Below, one piece after another: positions 17,380 through 24,561 of a stretch of DNA of 56,622 nucleotides. The translations under genes and the position numbers were made by a program. Each line of letters opens with the position of its first letter. Within the stretch, counting starts at the first letter, position 1. Below the pieces are notes generated by a model, which did not search any database, was not told where the DNA came from, and saw only the letters and a program-made list of their open reading frames with translations. The stretch covers positions 1-56,622 of the IMG/VR virus record IMGVR_UViG_3300031276_000001; one strand, 5' to 3'. This DNA comes from a virus.

Positions 17380-17904
17380 TCATATTTTTTCAGTTAAATC
17401 AATCAATCCCTTTTCAATTATTTCACTGAGTACATATTTTTTTATATATCTTTTGAAAGCATTTAATATAAATTCACCAGTATAATTTTTGTCACAAAAT
17501 TGAATATATACATTGTAATTATCCTTAAGACTTTTCAAGGAACCTTTTAAAGCATTTGGATGCATTTGTGATCTATAATTATGCCTTTCAATATCTGAAG
17601 GCAAAGAATTTTCAATTAAAAGTATAATAAAAGTTCTTTTGTCTTCAGCTCTTTTAAATTCTCTTTTAAATCTATCTCTATATTTAGTAAGATTAGCACA
17701 AAGTTCATCAATAGATGCCTTTCGTTCTATTACAATATCATATTCAAAATTTATCTTATCTAACTTAAATGAATAATCAGCAATATCTAATTTTTTTATT
17801 TCAATTTTTATATTATTAGCTGCCCAAAAATTTAATAAATGTTGGTTTTTTTGCTCTCTTGTATCTACAAGTATTTTGAAGTGTTCATAAAATCCATTAT
17901 ACAT
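17380..17904 (-). CDS. ERCC4-type (Mus81/Hef-like) nuclease
   Basis: VDTREQ ... IADYSF ... IERKASIDEL ... IILLIEN, matching the order of ERCC4-domain motifs. Confidence 0.6.
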   Translation of the reverse strand: MYNGFYEHFKILVDTREQKNQHLLNFWAANNIKIEIKKLDIADYSFKLDKINFEYDIVIERKASIDELCANLTKYRDRFKREFKRAEDKRTFIILLIENSLPSDIERHNYRSQMHPNALKGSLKSLKDNYNVYIQFCDKNYTGEFILNAFKRYIKKYVLSEIIEKGLIDLTEKI

Positions 17905-18254
17905 TATTTTTCATTCCTCATAAAAGTGAAATTAAATCTTATATCATAATTCTTTTGTATTTTCATTATATAATTTTCAATGTTATAATATCCTTTTTGG
18001 AATTCATAATCAGTTTCTATTTGTTTAAATAAAAATCCTGTTCCAATGTTATTTGGTCCAAAAATAGAAATTGGAATATAACCACATTCTAATGCAGTAC
18101 ATAATATTTTTAATTTAATAATATTATATTTCAAAGTATTTTTCCTTTTGTATTCTGATGTAAGCAATTGAATATTAAGTTTGAATTTTTTGATATAATC
18201 ATTGTTATCCATTAAAATAAATCTCCTATATTTTTTCATTTTTTTCAGGGGCAA
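17904..18254 (-). CDS. Hypothetical protein (116 aa)
   Basis: Track ORF that abuts the nuclease gene. Confidence 0.55.
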   Translation of the reverse strand: MPLKKMKKYRRFILMDNNDYIKKFKLNIQLLTSEYKRKNTLKYNIIKLKILCTALECGYIPISIFGPNNIGTGFLFKQIETDYEFQKGYYNIENYIMKIQKNYDIRFNFTFMRNEK

Positions 18255-18265
18255 TTAGCCCCTTT

Positions 18266-18469
18266 TTAATCATCAAATAATTGTGAAATAGTTACATTAA
18301 AATATTTAGAAAATATTAAAGCTTGTTTTGCATTCATTTCTTTTTTATTGTTCTCAATTAATCTTATATTTCCAATACAAATACCAGTATCTTTTGAAAA
18401 TTGATCTTGTGTTTTTTGCGCATGAACCCGTCTTTTTTGAATATTATTTCTTTTACCATAATTAATCAT
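18266..18469 (-). CDS. XRE/Cro-type HTH regulator
   Basis: QKTQDQFSKDTGICIGNIRLIENNKK matches the HTH_3 pattern; 67 aa. Confidence 0.7.
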   Translation of the reverse strand: MINYGKRNNIQKRRVHAQKTQDQFSKDTGICIGNIRLIENNKKEMNAKQALIFSKYFNVTISQLFDD

Positions 18470-18484
18470 TTCTTTTAAATCTCC

Positions 18485-18649
18485 TTATTTTTTATTATCA
18501 GGATAATATTTTTTTATTATTATAGTTTCATTTTTAATTTCTATTAAGAAAATATCATCCTTTGTAAATCCTAATTCATTTAAAAATTTTTTTGGAATTG
18601 TTATACAATACGAATATAACCCATATTTAAAAAGCTTCTTTATTTCCAT
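18485..18649 (-). CDS. AbrB/SpoVT-like DNA-binding small protein (54 aa)
   Basis: Hand-translated: MEIKKLFKYGLYSYCITIPKKFLNELGFTKDDIFLIEIKNETIIIKK, a looped-hinge-helix pattern. Confidence 0.5.
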   Translation of the reverse strand: MEIKKLFKYGLYSYCITIPKKFLNELGFTKDDIFLIEIKNETIIIKKYYPDNKK

Positions 18650-18652
18650 TAT

Positions 18653-19732
18653 TTACCTTTCCACCTTAGGTGTTCCATTATTATTTTCGTTATTATTTTC
18701 ATCATTTTCTTTAGTTTCATTAGTTGTATTATTTTCTTTAGTTTCATTAGTTGTATTATTTTCTTTATTTTCATTAGTTGTATTATTTTCTTTATTTTCA
18801 TTAGTTGTATTATTTTCTTTATTTTCATTAGTTGTATTATTTTCTTTTCTTTCTTTTTTTTCTTTTGTATCTATTAAACTTTTAATAAAATTATAAACAT
18901 CAGCAAATAATTTTTTTGGTATTTCTTTTTTTGATACTGACTTTAAACTACCTCTATTTACTAATAATTCCATTGCGTATTTCAATAGATCATCAGCATT
19001 ATAATTTAATTCTTTTGATTTACTAGCAGCCAGTGCACACAATTCTCCAATTTGAACTTGACTTATAAATGTTTCTTCTTTTTTGTTTTTATCTTTTTTC
19101 TTATCTGATTTAGTTTTATTTATTGGTGTGACATCAATTGCTTTATCAATTCCTAGTTCATCATCAGTATACATCCCACCGAATTCCTCAGAAAAAACAT
19201 TTCTGATTCCTGCTACTGTTACGCATTTCACAAGCATTACCCCAGGCATTGTTGCCCAATTACCCATCGGTTCAATTGTTCCATTTTTATTTTTGTATGT
19301 TCTAAAATAATCTTTAAGTTTTATTGTCCATTTAAAAGGTTCTTTCCATCCTTTTCGATGTAAAATAAAATAAGCTCCAACTAATTTTTCAGTGTCATCA
19401 AGAAAAAATGTTCCAACCCTTTCAATAATTTTCTTTCCGTCTTTATTCCAAACAATTACACCAGCCTCCCAGCCTTCACATTGTGGATGTAAATTTAATC
19501 TTTGAGTGAAAACATCTTTGCTAACAATTATTTGTACTGTCTCTCCGAATTTTACAAGATATGCTTGTTTCAAAAAAGGATTTAATCTTCTATATTGACA
19601 CATCATCATAAAATTTACAATTTCAGCATCTTCGATATTTTTTCCAATAGCTATCATATTTCTAACAATCTGAGCTGATAACTTTACATTCCCGCTATCT
19701 GTTGAATATTCAACAATTTCATTTATATTCAT
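18653..19732 (-). CDS. recT: RecT/Bet-family single-strand annealing protein with a repetitive C-terminus
   Basis: The N-terminal two thirds resemble phage RecT/Bet proteins (FMMMCQYRRLNPFLKQAYLVKFG...). The C-terminus carries five ENNTTNE(N/T)K repeats. Confidence 0.6.
   Translation of the reverse strand: MNINEIVEYSTDSGNVKLSAQIVRNMIAIGKNIEDAEIVNFMMMCQYRRLNPFLKQAYLVKFGETVQIIVSKDVFTQRLNLHPQCEGWEAGVIVWNKDGKKIIERVGTFFLDDTEKLVGAYFILHRKGWKEPFKWTIKLKDYFRTYKNKNGTIEPMGNWATMPGVMLVKCVTVAGIRNVFSEEFGGMYTDDELGIDKAIDVTPINKTKSDKKKDKNKKEETFISQVQIGELCALAASKSKELNYNADDLLKYAMELLVNRGSLKSVSKKEIPKKLFADVYNFIKSLIDTKEKKERKENNTTNENKENNTTNENKENNTTNENKENNTTNETKENNTTNETKENDENNNENNNGTPKVER
18710..18844. repeat. 5 x 27-bp tandem repeat inside the recT-like gene
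   Basis: Units tttagtttcattagttgtattattttc (x2) and tttattttcattagttgtattattttc (x3). Confidence 0.9.
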
Positions 19733-19762
19733 ATAAAATAAAGCCTCCTGTTTTTTATTTTA

Positions 19763-19791
19763 ATTATATAATATATGTAATAAATAATCAA
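19763..19791 (-). promoter_or_regulatory. Sigma70-like promoter for the recT operon
   Basis: On the minus strand: TTGATT, 17 nt, TATAAT. Confidence 0.5.
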
Positions 19792-19806
19792 TACTTTTTA
19801 ACGATA

Positions 19807-19835
19807 TTGACTTTTGAATTTTTAAGATATATAAT
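19807..19835 (+). promoter_or_regulatory. Sigma70-like promoter for the plus-strand RHH/lysis block
   Basis: TTGACT (19807-19812), 17 nt, TATAAT (19830-19835). Divergent from the recT promoter. Confidence 0.55.
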
Positions 19836-19865
19836 AAAAATAAAATTTATTTTGGAGTGTTAAAT

Positions 19866-20030
19866 GTGAATAATAAAATAGACAATTATAGAAATTTAAA
19901 TATAAAAATAAAAGAATCAACATATATTAGATTGCGTTTAATTTACTTATATTCTCAAACAAGTATGTCAGAATTAGCCGAACAGGCAATAATTAATTTT
20001 TTAAATGAAAAGGAAAAGGAAGGTAATTAA
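19866..20030 (+). CDS. Ribbon-helix-helix protein (54 aa, GTG start)
   Basis: Hand-translated: VNNKIDNYRNLNIKIKESTYIRLRLIYLYSQTSMSELAEQAIINFLNEKEKEGN. GGAGTG lies 6 nt upstream. Confidence 0.45.
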   Translation: MNNKIDNYRNLNIKIKESTYIRLRLIYLYSQTSMSELAEQAIINFLNEKEKEGN

Positions 20031-20031
20031 A

Positions 20032-20811
20032 ATGAGTAAAAGTGATTTAGTAATATTTATGTGTTCAAATGCTATTGTAATAATAGCAATAAGTATAATT
20101 TTTATGATTCTTTATACATCTTTTGTAATATCAAAAATGAAAAAAATAAAAGAGGTTTCAAACGAATGTTCTAATATAATTTTACATAATAAAATAGCTC
20201 TTGAAGATGATGAAAAAACATGTTATTCCATAAACAAATATAATAAAGTAACGTTAGAATTATTAAAAGAAATAAGAAATGTTTTGACATCTCATAAAGG
20301 CAAATATTTTGATACTCAATTATTAAATATCGTAGAAATCGAACTACAACAAAAGCTTAATAAGGAAAAATATAAGGATTTAGATTATTATAATACTTCT
20401 GAAAATACAATTAAAAATACAAAAAATGAAGAAAATTTAAATTTAAATCTTTACAGTTTAGATAATAAATCTAAAAAATCAATGAAATTTAAAATAAAAA
20501 TAAAACAGCCATTTTTTTCATTAATATCAACAACAAATAATGCAATAAAAAAATATCTCAATTCATTCAAAAATAAACAAGCTCTAAAAATAAATAATTA
20601 TCAACACAAAAATGAAAATGAAAAAATATTAAATTTATCAAAAGAAATTACATTAGAAGACTTAGAAAGAAAAGAAAATTTTGTTGATAAATCTATTGAT
20701 AATAAGTATGTTAAATCATGTTCAGAGTTAAAACAAATGTATAATTATGATGATATATTTAATTTAGAAGATTTATATTTAAATCTTGAAAATTTTGACA
20801 AAACATCATAA
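20032..20811 (+). CDS. Membrane-anchored protein of unknown function
   Basis: Track ORF; preferred start is ATG 20032 after GGAAGG. N-terminal TM segment (VIFMCSNAIVIIAISIIFMILYTSFVI). Confidence 0.6.
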   Translation: MSKSDLVIFMCSNAIVIIAISIIFMILYTSFVISKMKKIKEVSNECSNIILHNKIALEDDEKTCYSINKYNKVTLELLKEIRNVLTSHKGKYFDTQLLNIVEIELQQKLNKEKYKDLDYYNTSENTIKNTKNEENLNLNLYSLDNKSKKSMKFKIKIKQPFFSLISTTNNAIKKYLNSFKNKQALKINNYQHKNENEKILNLSKEITLEDLERKENFVDKSIDNKYVKSCSELKQMYNYDDIFNLEDLYLNLENFDKTS

Positions 20812-20882
20812 ATGACATATTAATATTATGGCAATATAAAAAAAATAAAAATAATAAAGATTAATTGTGGATAAGGTGAGCC

Positions 20883-21065
20883 ATGAATTATAGAGATCAA
20901 TATAAATTTTACAAGAATAGAAAAATTTGTCCTTGGTGTAAGAAAAGGAAAGCATACAAAAATAGAGTTAAATGTTTAATTTGTTTGATGGATGATAGAT
21001 ATCAAAAAGCAGAAAAAAGAAGAACAAATAATAATAGAGATGGTATTATAATAGAAAATAATTAA
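20883..21065 (+). CDS. Zinc-ribbon small protein
   Basis: CPWC...CLIC pairs; GGTGAG RBS. Confidence 0.5.
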   Translation: MNYRDQYKFYKNRKICPWCKKRKAYKNRVKCLICLMDDRYQKAEKRRTNNNRDGIIIENN

Positions 21066-21102
21066 GATTGTATTAAGAATATCTATACAAGGAGGCGTTA
21101 AA

Positions 21103-21300
21103 ATGGCAATTAGCAAAGAATATAATATTGTAAAGTTAAGTTGTGATTATTGCTTTAAAGAAGTTAATCAAGATTTTGAAAGTTTTGGAGATGCTGTTGA
21201 ATATAAAAATGAAAACGGATGGAAAAGTAAGCATGAACGAGTAAAAAATCAATGGTTTGATATTTGTCCAGATTGTCAAAAAGTTGGTAATAAAAAATAG
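21103..21300 (+). CDS. Zinc-ribbon small protein
   Basis: CDYC...CPDC pairs; GGAGG RBS. Confidence 0.55.
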   Translation: MAISKEYNIVKLSCDYCFKEVNQDFESFGDAVEYKNENGWKSKHERVKNQWFDICPDCQKVGNKK

Positions 21301-21318
21301 AAAAGAGGTTGATATTTT

Positions 21319-22071
21319 ATGTTAATTTTACAAAATATTGATTATGGCATTGTTTTTGATTTTGGACACGGTGGGTCTGATTCTGGCAGTATATGGTTTG
21401 ATAATACTAAGGAAAAGGATTATGTTTTAACTTTAGGATTAAAAGTTATAAAAATAATTGAAAAATACATTGCTGGGTTTTTAGTAATTAGGACAAATGA
21501 TGTATATATATCAATTGAGGACCGTGCTAAAATGATAAATGAATATGCGAAGAAATTTAAAAAAGTAGATGTATATTCTTTGCATACAAATGCATTTAAC
21601 AAAAAGGCATCTGGAATAGAAATATTACTTTCTATTAGTAATGTTTCAAATGACAATGAATGGTCAATTAATTTTATGAAAGAATATTCAAAAAAATTTA
21701 AAATACCAGTAAGAGGAATAGTAAAAAAAGAGAGTACAAAAAATCCTGGATTTGATTTTTATGGATTAATGAGGCTGACAAATTCTAATGTAAAATCAAA
21801 AATATTAGAATTGGGTTTCGGAGATTATGAAAAAGATGGAATTATTTTGATAAATAATATTGATGAAATTGCATATTTTATAGCACAAAAAATAGCAGAA
21901 CGGAAAAATATAATAATAAAAAATAATGATTCTAAAAAAGATTATGAAAAAATATTGAAAGAAGTAAGTAATTATTCAAATATTTGGATTGATTTTGTAA
22001 ATAAATATCATTCGCCAACCTTGAATTTAAAAGGATTAATTGAAAAATTATATTTCACTAATCCTAAATAA
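21319..22071 (+). CDS. N-acetylmuramoyl-L-alanine amidase (Amidase_3) endolysin
   Basis: IVFDFGHGGSDSGS and SLHTNAF...ASGIEILLS match the Amidase_3 zinc-ligand regions. Confidence 0.8.
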   Translation: MLILQNIDYGIVFDFGHGGSDSGSIWFDNTKEKDYVLTLGLKVIKIIEKYIAGFLVIRTNDVYISIEDRAKMINEYAKKFKKVDVYSLHTNAFNKKASGIEILLSISNVSNDNEWSINFMKEYSKKFKIPVRGIVKKESTKNPGFDFYGLMRLTNSNVKSKILELGFGDYEKDGIILINNIDEIAYFIAQKIAERKNIIIKNNDSKKDYEKILKEVSNYSNIWIDFVNKYHSPTLNLKGLIEKLYFTNPK

Positions 22072-22080
22072 AAAACTTTT

Positions 22081-22119
22081 AAAGCAATTAAGGATTAATT
22101 TTCTTAATTGCTTTTTTTA
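22081..22119. terminator. Bidirectional terminator between the convergent endolysin and XhlA-like genes
   Basis: aaagcaattaag (22081-22092) pairs with cttaattgcttt (22103-22114), followed by a T tract. Confidence 0.65.
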
Positions 22120-22458
22120 TTATCGTGGGAAATATTGTGAAATAAATCCAATGATTGAAGCTATTCCAGCAGAAATTGAACTAACTATAATTGTTATCTT
22201 TTTTAAAGAAATTTCATCTCTTTTTAATTGTATGTTATTATTATTATTTTCTCTTATTTCTTCACAATTACCTTTATTTACATAATTATTTTTTATTTCA
22301 TCAATTTTATTTGATAATTCATTAAGTTCATCCTTGAATTCTGTCTTTAAAATATCTATGTTATTATTTAAATTTTCTAATTTTAAATTATATTCAACTC
22401 TTAAGGTATCTATATTTTTATTAATATTTTCTAATAGCATTTTTAACATGTCATCCAT
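22120..22458 (-). CDS. XhlA-like coiled-coil protein with a C-terminal TM anchor (lysis-associated?)
   Basis: Coiled-coil followed by ITIIVSSISAGIASIIGFI. Preferred start is ATG 22458 after GAGGG. Confidence 0.4.
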   Translation of the reverse strand: MDDMLKMLLENINKNIDTLRVEYNLKLENLNNNIDILKTEFKDELNELSNKIDEIKNNYVNKGNCEEIRENNNNNIQLKRDEISLKKITIIVSSISAGIASIIGFISQYFPR

Positions 22459-22459
22459 C

Positions 22460-22975
22460 TTAATCCCTCTCAATCGAATCAATTCGAGTTATTGCAATTT
22501 GTTCATTATCATATTTATCTTCTGGCGTAGTCAAAACAAGTCTTGCAATCAATGTTCCCGTGTCTATTCCTGCACCTCCATTCCAAGCAAGCGCAGAACT
22601 TCCAGCAAAAAAACCAATTTCGCTAATTGTACATTGATAACCAGGTGGTGGTGGTACTGCATCAAAAGGTTCTACATCAAGTAAAACAGCCCTTGATGTT
22701 AATTGGCCCGTACCTGTTACAGTTTGCGTTAATATCGGAGTTCTAAAAATTTCATTTCCAAGGGTAGCGTCTCCCGCAGCTGCTGGCGTATTATCATCCC
22801 CAATAGCTACATATTTATATGTCATATTTGGGATACTATACATTGATTTAATAATTTCATTTAATCCAAGATTAGTAATTAAATTCTTAATAGTATAATC
22901 TTTTATAATTTTACCATTTCTTATTTTAATTATATTAACTTTACCAATCCAGCCTAATTTGTTTTTTATAATCAT
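22460..22975 (-). CDS. Tail or baseplate structural protein
   Basis: Last gene of the tail block. NLITNLGLNEI...YVAIGDDNTPAAAGDATL recalls conserved phage tail proteins. Start ATG 22975 follows AGGAGTGGG. Confidence 0.45.
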   Translation of the reverse strand: MIIKNKLGWIGKVNIIKIRNGKIIKDYTIKNLITNLGLNEIIKSMYSIPNMTYKYVAIGDDNTPAAAGDATLGNEIFRTPILTQTVTGTGQLTSRAVLLDVEPFDAVPPPPGYQCTISEIGFFAGSSALAWNGGAGIDTGTLIARLVLTTPEDKYDNEQIAITRIDSIERD

Positions 22976-22985
22976 TTTCCCACTC

Positions 22986-24557
22986 CTAATCATAATAAAT
23001 TGTCGTACCTGTTATTGTTCCAGGGTATAATCCACCTGGGTCATCGGCCGGATATAATCCACCAGGGTCATCGACTGGATATAAACAATCATAAGTTCTA
23101 ATATAATAAGTACCACTCCAATACCAATTAACATCTATATTAATTGGTATATCAACAATTGCATCTGGTCTAATGGTCCAATCTTTACCAGGTTTAATAA
23201 GTTTACTGAAAAATTTAACCCATCCGCCAATGGGTGCACCATCTATTAGCGTGTAAGTTTTTAATAATAAAGGTCCAACATCTTTTATTTTTTTCTCAAT
23301 AATCAAAAAATAATTATCATTTGTTAAATCATCACTTCCATCATCTTTTTTACTTGTGTCAACATTAAAAGATGGAAAAATTAAATCTATTATTTGACCA
23401 ACATTTAGATTGATGGTATATGATGCAAAATAAAATTTTTTTGCTATTCTTGAATATTTTTCAATTAATGCCGCTATTTTTTCTTCTGCAATTTCTATTC
23501 CTTCTATTTCATCAGCATTTTCAACATTTGTATAAATACCACTTCCACCTTCGATTGATTGCCTTTCTGCAATAGCCTCATTATTTTGAGCAATTATATT
23601 TATTTTATATTGGCCAACATATTTTAATACAAGATAATCAGTTATTGGTTCAGCATCCGCATCTTGTTGGATAATATTACTTCCTTTATTCCAATACCAT
23701 TGAAGGCCAGTGTCAAGACCTCCAATCCCAACTTGTCGAGGGTCAATCATATCTTCCGGTGGTGGGTCATCAATATTTTGAGTTATATATATTTCAGGTT
23801 TTTGATTTAATGGAAATCTAACAAAAAAACCTTTATCTTGATTAGGTGTAGGTGTTGCCTTTTCTGGGATTGTTCCATCAGTTAAAGCATTAACATCTTT
23901 AAGGATTTTTTTATTATAATATTCGCTTCTATCATCACAAATTTTAACACTTTTTGGTAAATAATTTGAAACATTTTCAATCAATGGTGCAGCGACATCA
24001 TAATTATATTCATTAAGATATATTTTTTTATCTGGTCCTATTCTCCATTGCCAATTTATTAAACCTGCCATTTCATCAAAAACATCACCAGCCAACACAT
24101 AAGGGCAATTAATAGAAACATATTGTGATGTCGTTTCTTGAATTGAGTGCGAATCATACCAAACACCCTCAACTGCTAAAAACTCATCAATCATTTCTTT
24201 AAATGTATCACTTATTAATTGTCGTGGATAACTTTGATTTATATACACTCTATCTGTCAAGCAATGCCAATCAATACATGTAATTTTCTCACCGAAAATT
24301 GGATGTTGATTTATTTTTATTGTCTCAGGTTCATCAAGTTGGCCACCAAAAATCAAAAATCCATCTTCATATAATTCAACTTTTTTACCACACAATGTCC
24401 TCCATATATACGGGTCATTAGGTCCTAAATTCATATCAATTAAAGAAAAACTAAGCACGGCACGTTCGCCTGCCTGCCCTTGATTTAAATTCATTGAACC
24501 GCTTTTAACTTTTACACCGTTTGGTAGGTATTCATTATCAATTTTTATTGTATACAT
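22986..24557 (-). CDS. Distal tail protein / tail component
   Basis: 523-aa ORF immediately after the tape measure gene, the canonical Dit position. Confidence 0.55.
   Translation of the reverse strand: MYTIKIDNEYLPNGVKVKSGSMNLNQGQAGERAVLSFSLIDMNLGPNDPYIWRTLCGKKVELYEDGFLIFGGQLDEPETIKINQHPIFGEKITCIDWHCLTDRVYINQSYPRQLISDTFKEMIDEFLAVEGVWYDSHSIQETTSQYVSINCPYVLAGDVFDEMAGLINWQWRIGPDKKIYLNEYNYDVAAPLIENVSNYLPKSVKICDDRSEYYNKKILKDVNALTDGTIPEKATPTPNQDKGFFVRFPLNQKPEIYITQNIDDPPPEDMIDPRQVGIGGLDTGLQWYWNKGSNIIQQDADAEPITDYLVLKYVGQYKINIIAQNNEAIAERQSIEGGSGIYTNVENADEIEGIEIAEEKIAALIEKYSRIAKKFYFASYTINLNVGQIIDLIFPSFNVDTSKKDDGSDDLTNDNYFLIIEKKIKDVGPLLLKTYTLIDGAPIGGWVKFFSKLIKPGKDWTIRPDAIVDIPINIDVNWYWSGTYYIRTYDCLYPVDDPGGLYPADDPGGLYPGTITGTTIYYD
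23023..23086. repeat. About 2.4 x 27-bp tandem repeat at the 3' end of the distal tail gene
   Basis: gggtataatccacctgggtcatcggcc / ggatataatccaccagggtcatcgact / ggatataaac, encoding YP(V/A)DDPGGL repeats. Confidence 0.8.
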
Positions 24558-24561
24558 TTTA

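Noticed and set aside
18710-18844. CRISPR-like arrays (regular short repeats at 18710-18844, 37123-37176 and 23023-23086)
   Set aside because: The units are directly adjacent with no spacers, and they lie in frame inside coding sequences, where they encode peptide repeats. No repeat-spacer architecture or cas genes occur anywhere in the window.
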